Assembly: GCA_040767195.1 (NCBI GenBank) | Contig: JAXGPA010000006.1 | Span: 75,084-139,083 of the forward strand | Length of the DNA: 64,000 nucleotides | Source of the DNA: Syntrophales bacterium | GTDB taxonomy: Bacteria; Desulfobacterota; Syntrophia; Syntrophales; UBA6807 | Direction: 5' to 3' | Part shown: positions 30,357 through 38,801 of the stretch, piece after piece | How positions within the stretch are numbered: position 1 is the stretch's first letter | Layout of the letters: each line of letters opens with the position of its first letter | Notes under the pieces: generated by a model | Told to the model about the DNA's origin: nothing | Seen by the model: the letters and a program-made list of their open reading frames with translations, nothing else | The model's database searches: none | Position numbers and translations under genes: made by a program

Positions 30357-32393
30357 ATGACCGTGAAAGAGGTGACGGAAACGTCGGAAGCTGAAATTGC
30401 CGTTCACTGGGGGGAAGAGGAGTTCTTTCATCCATCCGCCCGCTTCATCGCCCAGGCAAACATGACGGACCCGGACATCTTCGAGCGCTTCAGCCTGGAA
30501 AATTTCCCCAACTGCTTCAAGGAATACGCGGACCTTTTGACGTGGTACGAATACTGGCACACGACGCTGGACACGAGCGACGCGCCCTTTTTCAAGTGGT
30601 TCGTCGGCGGCCGGATCAATGCCAGTTACAACTGTATCGACAGGCACCTTGAAAAAAACAGGAACAAGACAGCCATTCACTTCGTACCGGAACCGGAAGA
30701 CGAAAGAGTCGAGCACCTCACCTACCGGGAACTGTACGTGAGGGTCAACGAGTTCGCGGCAATCCTGAAGGACTTCTGCGGCCTGAAGGCGGGAGACATG
30801 GTCACCCTCCACATGCCCATGGTGGCCGAACTTCCCATTTCCATGCTGGCCTGCGCGCGGCTCGGCATCATTCACTCGCAGGTTTTCGGCGGCTTCAGCG
30901 GAAAGGCCTGTTCGGACAGGATCATCGACTCGGGAAGCCGTGTCCTCATCACCATGGACGCCTATCACCGGGGCGGGCAGTTGCTCGACCACAAGGAAAA
31001 GGCGGACGTCGCCATCTCCGGGGCGGCCGCGGACAACCAGGAGGTGGACAAGGTTCTCGTCTGGCAGCGCTATCCCGGCAAATATTCGTCAAAGACCCCG
31101 ATGGTGGAAGGGCGCGACTTCTTTGTCAACGACCTGCTGAAGACGTATTACGGGGCCCGGGTTGACCCGGTGCCCATGCCGGCGGAAGCCCCCCTGTTCC
31201 TGATGTACACGAGCGGCACCACGGGAAAGCCGAAAGGCGCCCAGCACAGCACGGGCGGGTACCTTGCCTACGTAACCGGAACATCCAAGTACATCCAGGA
31301 CATTCACCCCGAGGATGTGTACTGGTGCCTGGCGGACATAGGGTGGATCACCGGCCACTCCTACATCGTTTACGGCCCCCTGGCGCTGTGCGCGTCCACG
31401 GTCATTTACGAAGGGGTCCCGACCTTCCCCGACGCCGGGAGGCCCTGGCGGATCGCCCAGGACCTGGACGTGAACATTTTTCACACCGCGCCAACCTCCA
31501 TCCGCGCCTTGAGAAAGCTGGGCCCCGACGAACCGCAGAAATACAATTACCACTTCAAACACATGACCACCGTGGGTGAGCCCATCGAACCGGAGGTGTG
31601 GAAGTGGTACTACAACGTCGTCGGGAAGGGGGAAGCGGCCATCTGCGACACCTGGTGGCAGACGGAAAACGGCGGGTTTCTCTGCAGCACCCTGCCGGCG
31701 ATTCAGCCCATGAAGCCCGGCAGCGCCGGCCCGGGGGTGCCGGGCATTCATCCCGTCGTGTTCGACGAAGACGGCAATGTCGTCCCCCCCGGCACGGGGA
31801 AGGCGGGAAACATCTGCATACAGAACCCGTGGCCCGGCAGTTTCCAGACCATTTGGCGGGACCGGGACCGCTACGTCAGCCAGTATTACGAGAGATACTG
31901 CAAGGATCCGAAAAGCAAGAGATGGCAGGACTGGCCGTACATGACCGGTGACGCCGCCGTCACCGCCGCCGACGGATACGTCCGCATACTCGGGCGGATC
32001 GACGACGTAATCAATGTTTCAGGACACCGGCTCGGAACCAAGGAGATCGAGTCCGCGGCCCTGACCATCGGCGAGGTGGCGGAGGCGGCCGTGGTACCCG
32101 TGAAGCACGAACTGAAAGGGAAGGAACCGGATCTTTATGTTGCCTTGAGGCCTGGCTGCACGCCGAGCGACGATCTCGCCAAACGGGTCCAGGACGCCGT
32201 TGTAACGGAAATCGGGGCGATCGCGAGGCCGAGAAAGGTCTGGATCGTGCCCGACATGCCCAAGACGCGGTCCGGCAAGATCATGCGCCGCGTTCTCAAC
32301 GCCATTTCCAACGACACGGACGTGGGCGACGTCATGACCCTGGCGAATCCGGAAATCGTCGACGAAATAACCAGGATGGTCAGGAAAAAGTAG
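30357..32393 (+). CDS. acs: Acetate--CoA ligase (AMP-forming)
   Basis: YTSGTTGKPKG, ADIGWITGHSY, VGEPI, DTWWQTENGG, GRIDDVINVSGHRLG, PKTRSGKIMRR. Confidence 0.95.
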   Translation: MTVKEVTETSEAEIAVHWGEEEFFHPSARFIAQANMTDPDIFERFSLENFPNCFKEYADLLTWYEYWHTTLDTSDAPFFKWFVGGRINASYNCIDRHLEKNRNKTAIHFVPEPEDERVEHLTYRELYVRVNEFAAILKDFCGLKAGDMVTLHMPMVAELPISMLACARLGIIHSQVFGGFSGKACSDRIIDSGSRVLITMDAYHRGGQLLDHKEKADVAISGAAADNQEVDKVLVWQRYPGKYSSKTPMVEGRDFFVNDLLKTYYGARVDPVPMPAEAPLFLMYTSGTTGKPKGAQHSTGGYLAYVTGTSKYIQDIHPEDVYWCLADIGWITGHSYIVYGPLALCASTVIYEGVPTFPDAGRPWRIAQDLDVNIFHTAPTSIRALRKLGPDEPQKYNYHFKHMTTVGEPIEPEVWKWYYNVVGKGEAAICDTWWQTENGGFLCSTLPAIQPMKPGSAGPGVPGIHPVVFDEDGNVVPPGTGKAGNICIQNPWPGSFQTIWRDRDRYVSQYYERYCKDPKSKRWQDWPYMTGDAAVTAADGYVRILGRIDDVINVSGHRLGTKEIESAALTIGEVAEAAVVPVKHELKGKEPDLYVALRPGCTPSDDLAKRVQDAVVTEIGAIARPRKVWIVPDMPKTRSGKIMRRVLNAISNDTDVGDVMTLANPEIVDEITRMVRKK

Positions 32394-32510
32394 GGAAAAC
32401 ACCGACCCATGTTAAAGAGTGAGAAGGAGGTGATGCAGGAAGGGAAAGCGGAATGAAGGGCCGAAAAGGGCATCCAGGGTGAACGACAAAGAAGAAAGGA
32501 GGGTCATGTG

Positions 32511-32933
32511 ATGAATCTGATCGTCGAACGAGTGGATGTTTGGGCAGCCGCAATCAGGGACGAACCAGGCGGCCTGGCAAAGATACTCTCCGGACTGAAG
32601 GATGCCGGCGCGGACCTCGATTTCATCATTGCCAGGCGGGCGCTGGAACAACCCGGCAAGGGGGTTGTGTTCGTCACCCCGCTCCGGGGCGACGCCGAGG
32701 TCCGGGCCGCCTCAACCTTGGGCTTCAACGTGACGAGCAGCCTCAAGTCGCTCCGCGTGGAGGGAGACAACAAACCGGGAGTCGCCGCGGTACTGACGGA
32801 AAAACTTGCGGCGGCGGGAATCAACCTTCATGGCTTCTCGGCGGCCGTCATCGGGGCGCGGTTCATCATTTACATCAGTTTCGACAGTAGCGAAGACGCC
32901 GCGAGCGCGGAAGCAATCCTGAAAAAGGGGTAG
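32511..32933 (+). CDS. Tandem ACT-domain protein
   Basis: DEPGGLAKIL..L and DNKPGVAA.LT..LA.AGINL ACT motifs. Confidence 0.8.
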   Translation: MNLIVERVDVWAAAIRDEPGGLAKILSGLKDAGADLDFIIARRALEQPGKGVVFVTPLRGDAEVRAASTLGFNVTSSLKSLRVEGDNKPGVAAVLTEKLAAAGINLHGFSAAVIGARFIIYISFDSSEDAASAEAILKKG

Positions 32934-33280
32934 ATCGAACCCGGAAACGACGGAAAGCGAAAGCAATGCGCCTGTGACTGTGTCCGACCGACGGCGGATG
33001 GCCGGGAAGGACGAAGCGCCGGCGGGTCCCTGGATTTCAGAGACCCGTCCGCCGCCGGTCAGATCACGACGGAATCATGTGACATCCATCGTGATGGACA
33101 GGTGGGACCCTTACGTTGCGGCCTCCAGGGCCTGTATTCCTGAAGCCGGTAATCAGCGGCGCCTCCTCGGCAAGTCCCGGAATGAACGATCTCATCCGGT
33201 TAAAGGTTTCAAACCCAGGAATTGGGGGAAAATAAAACCCGGCAGGGACATAACGTTTTGTTATTTCGTTTTAATATTTT

Positions 33281-33308
33281 TTGACAGGCACGAAATTATC
33301 TATAATCT
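33281..33308 (+). promoter_or_regulatory. Sigma70-like promoter, peptide unit 2
   Basis: TTGACA followed by TATAATCT (spacer 14 to TATAAT, 16 to TAATCT). Confidence 0.5.
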
Positions 33309-33342
33309 TATGACATATCCTATTCACCATTAAGGAGGGGCC

Positions 33343-33471
33343 ATGAAGAAAGAAGAAAAGAAGGAACGGAAAAAGGCTCCCTATGAAAAGCCCGTCCTGA
33401 CGAAATTCGGGAAGCTGGCGGACGTGACGGCGGGGGTATCGGAAGGGGCACTCGGCTGCACGAGATTGTAA
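33343..33471 (+). CDS. A-type RiPP precursor-like peptide A2
   Basis: MKKEEKKERKKAPYEKPVLTKFGKLADVTAGVSEGALGCTRL; AAGGAGG RBS. Confidence 0.82.
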   Translation: MKKEEKKERKKAPYEKPVLTKFGKLADVTAGVSEGALGCTRL

Positions 33472-33481
33472 GGAGGGGATT

Positions 33482-33610
33482 ATGAAAGAATACCGGGAAG
33501 AGAAAAAAGAAAAAGAAGAGAAGAAAGTCTACCAGAAACCGGTTCTCACCTTTCGCGGGAACCTGAAGGATGCCGCGGCCGGGCCGCCGAACGGATCAAA
33601 CTTCAAATAA
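33482..33610 (+). CDS. B-type RiPP precursor-like peptide B2
   Basis: MKEYREEKKEKEEKKVYQKPVLTFRGNLKDAAAGPPNGSNFK; AGGAGG RBS. Confidence 0.8.
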   Translation: MKEYREEKKEKEEKKVYQKPVLTFRGNLKDAAAGPPNGSNFK

Positions 33611-33632
33611 TCCTGCCGTGGAATCGAACTCC

Positions 33633-33663
33633 AGGCCGTCCTTCGGGGCGGCCTTTTTATTTT
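33633..33663 (+). terminator. Intrinsic terminator, unit 2
   Basis: AGGCCGTCC-TTCG-GGGCGGCCT-TTTTATTTT. Confidence 0.8.
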
Positions 33664-33781
33664 CCGGCCCTGACATTCCAGGGTGCCCTGCGATCAACGA
33701 TCTTCCCCGGGTCCGGGCCTCCTTTTGCCTCGGCCGGGATGAAATCATATAAGGACAAGGTTATAAAAATTCTGATAAGAC

Positions 33782-33810
33782 TTGACACATTTCATAATTT
33801 TTCTTACTGT
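33782..33810 (+). promoter_or_regulatory. Sigma70-like promoter, peptide unit 3
   Basis: TTGACA-N17-TACTGT. Confidence 0.6.
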
Positions 33811-33845
33811 CTTTCTGATTCCATCTTCAGCCTGAAGGGGGGAGT

Positions 33846-33983
33846 ATGAAGAAAAAAGAAAATCGAGAGATCAAAAAGGCCAGGTACGAAAAGCCCGTCC
33901 TGACGAAATTCAATAAATTGAAGGACGTGATGGCGCAGGGACACACTGGGCCTGAAACTCCGCTGGGCTGCACAAGATTTTAG
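33846..33983 (+). CDS. A-type RiPP precursor-like peptide A3
   Basis: MKKKENREIKKARYEKPVLTKFNKLKDVMAQGHTGPETPLGCTRF; G-rich RBS. Confidence 0.82.
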   Translation: MKKKENREIKKARYEKPVLTKFNKLKDVMAQGHTGPETPLGCTRF

Positions 33984-33993
33984 GGAGGAGACA

Positions 33994-34113
33994 ATGATAG
34001 GAAAACCTGAAGAGAGAAAAATGGAAAAGAAGGCCTATGAGAAGCCCGAACTGAAGCGGTACGGGAAGCTGACGGACGTGATGGCGGAGCTTGTCACGTT
34101 GAAGCCTAAATAA
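33994..34113 (+). CDS. B-type RiPP precursor-like peptide B3
   Basis: MIGKPEERKMEKKAYEKPELKRYGKLTDVMAELVTLKPK; GGAGG RBS. Confidence 0.78.
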   Translation: MIGKPEERKMEKKAYEKPELKRYGKLTDVMAELVTLKPK

Positions 34114-34130
34114 GACCGGAAATAAAAATC

Positions 34131-34162
34131 AGGCCGTCCTTCGAGGCGGCCTTTATATTTTT
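34131..34162 (+). terminator. Intrinsic terminator, unit 3
   Basis: AGGCCGTCC-TTCG-AGGCGGCCT-TTATATTTTT. Confidence 0.75.
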
Positions 34163-34245
34163 CCTTCCAGCCGCTCCAGGAAGGCCGAAAAGCAACGACC
34201 TTTCCCGGGGAGGAGGCAGGACGGGTCTAAATGTTACGAAGACCC

Positions 34246-34274
34246 TTGACTGACAGGAAGTTTTTTCCTATTTT
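34246..34274 (+). promoter_or_regulatory. Sigma70-like promoter, peptide unit 4
   Basis: TTGACT-N17-TATTTT. Confidence 0.55.
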
Positions 34275-34309
34275 TTTGAATTTCTTACATTCCGTGAGGG
34301 GTGGAAGCC

Positions 34310-34441
34310 ATGAAGGAAAAACATGAAGAGAAGAAAGTTGAGAAGAAGATCTACGAGAAGCCGGATCTGAAGCGGCATGGGAAGCTGACCGACATGGTGG
34401 CGGGCGGTATAAGCCCGAATGGTAGTAATGACATCGATTAG
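34310..34441 (+). CDS. B-type RiPP precursor-like peptide B4 (unpaired)
   Basis: MKEKHEEKKVEKKIYEKPDLKRHGKLTDMVAGGISPNGSNDID. Confidence 0.8.
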   Translation: MKEKHEEKKVEKKIYEKPDLKRHGKLTDMVAGGISPNGSNDID

Positions 34442-34491
34442 GGATAACAGTTTAAAGGGATTTTCCGAGTGAAAATTTAATGGCTGAAACT

Positions 34492-34518
34492 GGGCCGTCT
34501 TTCGGGGCGGCCTTTTTT
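34492..34518 (+). terminator. Intrinsic terminator, unit 4
   Basis: GGGCCGTCT-TTCG-GGGCGGCCT-TTTTT. Confidence 0.8.
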
Positions 34519-34593
34519 GTTTGAAAGTGGGGAGAGAATGACCCCCGAAACGGAAAAAGGGGTCACGGTTTTCCCGCAACCCCTTGATTTTCC

Positions 34594-34670
<77 letters not shown>

Positions 34671-34755
34671 ACACGGTTTTAAAGATCAGATTTATTAACA
34701 CAGATTCCACGAAACTGTCAAGAAAGAACAAGCGAACGAACAAGCGCCCGATGCT

Positions 34756-35322
34756 TCAGGGATCGGCTTTTCCCGGCCCCGCAAAAGCGTATTTTCCCAT
34801 TTCCGAAATTTTCCGCTCGCCCAGGGTCGTTATTTCTTTCAGGTCGTCCAGGCTTTTGAGCGGTCCGGAATTTTCCCGGTGCCGGAGGATGGCCTCCGCC
34901 GTCTTCTGGCCGATCCCCGGAATCCGCGTGAGATCGTCGTAAGACGCCTCGTTCAGGTCGACGGGAAGGCCGAAGACCAGTTTCTCCGCCGCCGGCATCG
35001 CATCGATGGAAAGAAGGGGCCTCCCGTCGGGACCCTTCAGCGGGGTCACCCGGTCGCCCCCTCGCAGCGTCTGTTCCAGGACCGCCTCTTCAATCCCCGC
35101 CGGCGGCTTCCACCCCGCCGCCCGGAGAAGGTCTCTCACCGCCGACCCTTCGGGAAGGCCGTAAACGCCTTCCCTGTCCTCGTCTCCCCGGAAGGCCGCG
35201 ACGACTCCTGTTTCCCCCGCCGCCGGGACCAGGGTCCCGCCGTGCCGGCATTCCGCTGTTCCCCCCGGGGACAGGGCGATCCAGGCGAGAGAAAGAGCGA
35301 GGAGAAGGGCTACCCCCTTCAT
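34756..35322 (-). CDS. comEA: ComEA-family helix-hairpin-helix DNA-binding protein
   Basis: Signal peptide, SLBB-like GVYGLPEGSAVRDLL, VDLNEAS..DL..IPGIG...AEAI..HRE..G. Confidence 0.8.
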   Translation of the reverse strand: MKGVALLLALSLAWIALSPGGTAECRHGGTLVPAAGETGVVAAFRGDEDREGVYGLPEGSAVRDLLRAAGWKPPAGIEEAVLEQTLRGGDRVTPLKGPDGRPLLSIDAMPAAEKLVFGLPVDLNEASYDDLTRIPGIGQKTAEAILRHRENSGPLKSLDDLKEITTLGERKISEMGKYAFAGPGKADP

Positions 35323-35459
35323 CTGGTCTTCCCGGAACACCGTCTCCTCCCGTAAGGCGCCCCCCCGGGCGGGGAGCAATGCCGGTTCAGCGGACCGCCC
35401 CGTCGACGGGGGACGCGGGGCGGGATGCCCGCGGCCGTTCACGGGGCTCTCCTTTTCTG

Positions 35460-36680
35460 TCAGTTGTCGTTTTCCAGACCGAAGGCGTCGTGAAGGACCC
35501 GGACCGCCAGCTCCGTGTACTTGCTTTCGATGACGCAGGAAATCTTGATTTCCGAGGTGCTGATCATGAGGATGTTGATGCCTTCCGACGCGAGGGCGGT
35601 GAACATCCGGGAAGCCACGCCGGCATGGCTTTTCATGCCCACCCCCACGATGGACACCTTGGAGATGTTCTCGTCGTATTCCACGCCCTTGGCCCCGATT
35701 TCAACGGACACCTGGTCCACCATGCGCTTCACGTCCCTGATGTCCTTCCGGGCCACCGTGAAGGTGAGATCGGTGAAAGCGTCGATGCTGGCGTTCTGGA
35801 TGATCATGTCCACCGGGATGTTCTCGTCGGAAAGGGGCGTGAACAGGCGGGCGGCGATTCCCGGCCGGTCGGGCACGTGGACCACCGTCACCTTGGCCTG
35901 ATTCCTGTCGTAGGTCACCCCCGAAACGACCTCTTTTTCCATTTCCTTGTCCTCCATGGTCACTAAGGTTCCATCGTCATCGGTAAACGAGGATTTTACG
36001 AAGAGCGGGACGCTGTATATTTTCGCCAGTTCGACGGAGCGATGCTGAAGCACCTTGGCCCCGGCGCTGGCCAGTTCGAGCATTTCGTCGTAGGAAATCC
36101 GCTTCAGCTTCCGCGCCTTGTGGTAGATGTTGGGGTCGGTGGTGTACACGCCGTCCACGTCGGTGTAGATTTCGCAGGCGTCCGCCTTCAGGGCTGCCGC
36201 CAGGGCGACGGCGCTGGTGTCGGAACCGCCGCGCCCCAGGGTCGTGATGTTCCCGTCGGGATCGACGCCCTGGAAACCCGCCACGACGACGACGACGCCC
36301 CGTTTCAGCTCCCGGGACATGGCGTCGGTGTCGACTTTCATGATCCGGGCCTTCGTGAAGGACCGGTCCGTGTGAACTTTCACCTGGTGCCCCAGGAAAG
36401 ACCGGGCCGGGTACCCCATCCGGTTGAGCACCATGGCCAGAAGGGTCACCGTCACCTGCTCTCCCGTGGCAATGAGGGCGTCGAACTCCCGCTCCACCGG
36501 CTTGTCCGACGCTTTCTGGGCCAGCTGGATCAGCCTGTCCGTCTCGCCCGCCATGGCGGAGAGAACGACGACCACGCCGTTGCCGGCGTTCCTTTCTCGG
36601 ATCACCCGGCGGGCCACGCTCTCGATCTTTTCCAGGTTCGCCACCGACGTACCCCCGTACTTCTGAACGATTAAAGACAT
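35460..36680 (-). CDS. lysC: Aspartate kinase
   Basis: [32 protein letters not shown], two ACT domains, ISTSEIKIS. Confidence 0.95.
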   Translation of the reverse strand: MSLIVQKYGGTSVANLEKIESVARRVIRERNAGNGVVVVLSAMAGETDRLIQLAQKASDKPVEREFDALIATGEQVTVTLLAMVLNRMGYPARSFLGHQVKVHTDRSFTKARIMKVDTDAMSRELKRGVVVVVAGFQGVDPDGNITTLGRGGSDTSAVALAAALKADACEIYTDVDGVYTTDPNIYHKARKLKRISYDEMLELASAGAKVLQHRSVELAKIYSVPLFVKSSFTDDDGTLVTMEDKEMEKEVVSGVTYDRNQAKVTVVHVPDRPGIAARLFTPLSDENIPVDMIIQNASIDAFTDLTFTVARKDIRDVKRMVDQVSVEIGAKGVEYDENISKVSIVGVGMKSHAGVASRMFTALASEGINILMISTSEIKISCVIESKYTELAVRVLHDAFGLENDN

Positions 36681-37172
36681 TTAGCGGAATCCTCCCTCGT
36701 CAAGCGCTTTCCGTAATTTTGCCCTTTTATCTGATTTCGCGGAAATTTCAATCTTTCTTTTGTCCCCGCCGCCATGGTGGAGAAAAACGTGAACGGTCTT
36801 TTCCGGAAGAAGATCGGTGATCTTTTCGGCCCATTCGATGACCATGACGCCGTTTCCGTAAAAATATTCATCCATGCCCATGTCGTCCAGGTCCGCCACG
36901 CCGGAAAGGCGGTACATGTCGAGATGGAAGAGGGGGGTCCGCCCGGGGTATTCGTTGATGAGGGTGAAGGTGGGGCTGGTGATGAAATACGCCTCCGGCA
37001 CGCCCAGCCCCCGGGCGATCCCCGACGTGAGGCAGGTCTTCCCCGTTCCGAGATCGCCCACGAGGGCGACGATGTCCCCCCTTTCGAGGAAAGTTCCCAG
37101 GACCCGCCCCAGCCGGGCCGTTTCTTCGGGGCCGGACGAGTGAATCGTCACCAGGAAACGATCTTCCGTCAT
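36681..37172 (-). CDS. tsaE: t6A biosynthesis ATPase TsaE
   Basis: GDLGTGKT, TSPTFTLINEY, HLDMYRL, IEWA. Confidence 0.94.
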   Translation of the reverse strand: MTEDRFLVTIHSSGPEETARLGRVLGTFLERGDIVALVGDLGTGKTCLTSGIARGLGVPEAYFITSPTFTLINEYPGRTPLFHLDMYRLSGVADLDDMGMDEYFYGNGVMVIEWAEKITDLLPEKTVHVFLHHGGGDKRKIEISAKSDKRAKLRKALDEGGFR

Positions 37173-37570
37173 GGCGGACAGTCCCCCGGAAGATGACGGT
37201 CAGAAAGAACAACGGCCACGGCATACCCTTTCTCGTGGGTCAGGCTGACGTCCCACCGAAGGGGTTCCCCGGAATTCAGGGCTTCCGCGACACGCCCGCC
37301 GACCCGGACAACGGGACGCCCGCCCGGGCCCGCCGCCACATCGATGTCCCGGTAACGCCAGCCTCCCTGAAGCCTCCCGCCGGCGCTTTTGAAAAAGGCC
37401 TCTTTCGCCGCGAAGCGGGCCGCATAGTGCCCGGCGGGGAAGCGCTTCCCTTCGCAGTACCGGATTTCCCCGGGGGTGAAGACGCGGTTTCGGAAGCGGT
37501 CCCCCCATTTTTCGAGGACCTTCCGGACCCGGGATATATCCACGATGTCGACGCCTACCGTTGCCGTCAC
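37169..37570 (-). CDS. acpS: Holo-ACP synthase
   Basis: GVDIV, RVFT..E, ARFAAKEAFFK, SLTHE. Confidence 0.93.
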   Translation of the reverse strand: MTATVGVDIVDISRVRKVLEKWGDRFRNRVFTPGEIRYCEGKRFPAGHYAARFAAKEAFFKSAGGRLQGGWRYRDIDVAAGPGGRPVVRVGGRVAEALNSGEPLRWDVSLTHEKGYAVAVVLSDRHLPGDCPP

Positions 37571-38778
37571 GGCCTCTCGTCCCCCCGGAGGGCCGCCGCC
37601 ACGGCGACGACCTGTTTCATGAAAGCCACGTCGTGCACCCGGACCAGGTGCGCCCCGTTCAGGACCGCCGCCGCCACGGCCGCCGCCGTCCCCGCAAGCC
37701 TCCCCGACGGTTCCCCGCCCGTGATTTTACCGATGAAGCCCTTCCGGGAAGGACCCACCAGGACCGGTCTCCCGAGGGTTTTGAGTTCCTTCAGGTGCCC
37801 CAGGATGGCCAGGTTGTCCTCCGCCGTCTTCCCGAAGCCGAGCCCAGGGTCGACGACGATGTTCTCCTCGTTCACACCCGCCGCCCGGGCCGCCGCGATT
37901 CGTTCCTCGAGAAACCCGATGATGTCCATCATGAGGGCGCCGTAAGTCAGGTCGCCCTGCTGCATGGTCTTCGGGACGCCCCGGATGTGCATGAGAATCA
38001 CGGGAACCCCGGCGCGGCCTGCCGTCTCGGCCATGGCGGGGTCAAAGGAGAGGGCGCTGATGTCGTTGATGATCTCCGCCCCCTCTTCCACCGCCGCCCG
38101 GGCCACGGCGGCCTTGGACGTGTCCACGGAAATGGGGATGGAAAGGCGTTTCTTGAGTTCCCGGATCACCGGCAGGACCCGTCTCATCTCCTCGTCCGCC
38201 GGGACGGGGTCGGACCCGGGGCGGGTCGACTCGCCCCCGATGTCCACCATGTCCGCCCCCTCCTCCTGGAGCCGCAGGCCCCTGCGGACGGCGTCGTCCG
38301 CCTTTTCATAGAGTCCCCCGTCGGAAAAGGAGTCGGGGGTGACGTTGAGAACCCCCATGACACGGGGTTCCGGCCCCAGGGGAATTTCCCGTTCCGGAGT
38401 CTTGAGGACGAAGCGGTCCCGGGCGATGCGCCCGAGAAGGGTTTTGAGCCGTTCCGAAAGGGTCCGGAGCCCGAAGGGCTGGACGGCGAGCTTGGCAGCC
38501 AGGGCCTCCACCTGCTTCCGGGTGCCCATGAGGAGCACGTCCGTCCGCTCCCGGGAACAGTCCACCGTTCCCCGGGACACGGCGGCATCCCCCCCGAGGG
38601 AAAGCATCTCCTGCTTGAGGATGTTTCCGACGTTGCACGGGACCCCTTCGAGATAAACGGGAACGGTTTCCGCCTTCGTCGCCATGGCGCGCTTTCCGTA
38701 GGAGTGGACGCCGATTTTTCGAAAGACGGCCTCGATCTCGCCGGGGTGATTGAACTGGCAATACTGCATCCGCCACAT
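37567..38778 (-). CDS. folP: Dihydropteroate synthase with N-terminal extension
   Basis: MGVLNVTPDSFSDGG, DIGGESTRPG, DPGLGFGK, SRKGF, RVHDV; start set at MWRMQY. Confidence 0.93.
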   Translation of the reverse strand: MWRMQYCQFNHPGEIEAVFRKIGVHSYGKRAMATKAETVPVYLEGVPCNVGNILKQEMLSLGGDAAVSRGTVDCSRERTDVLLMGTRKQVEALAAKLAVQPFGLRTLSERLKTLLGRIARDRFVLKTPEREIPLGPEPRVMGVLNVTPDSFSDGGLYEKADDAVRRGLRLQEEGADMVDIGGESTRPGSDPVPADEEMRRVLPVIRELKKRLSIPISVDTSKAAVARAAVEEGAEIINDISALSFDPAMAETAGRAGVPVILMHIRGVPKTMQQGDLTYGALMMDIIGFLEERIAAARAAGVNEENIVVDPGLGFGKTAEDNLAILGHLKELKTLGRPVLVGPSRKGFIGKITGGEPSGRLAGTAAAVAAAVLNGAHLVRVHDVAFMKQVVAVAAALRGDERP

Positions 38779-38801
38779 GGCTTCACCGGGGGTGCCGCCG
38801 T

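Noticed and set aside
29112..34441. Peptide array as CRISPR, DGR target or classical lasso cluster
   Set aside because: Repeats are coding and degenerate; no cas, reverse transcriptase or lasso cyclase/peptidase genes; most precursors lack Thr(-2) and a threadable tail
38400..38778. FolP N-terminal extension as a novelty
   Set aside because: Long-form FolP is, to my knowledge, common in anaerobic lineages
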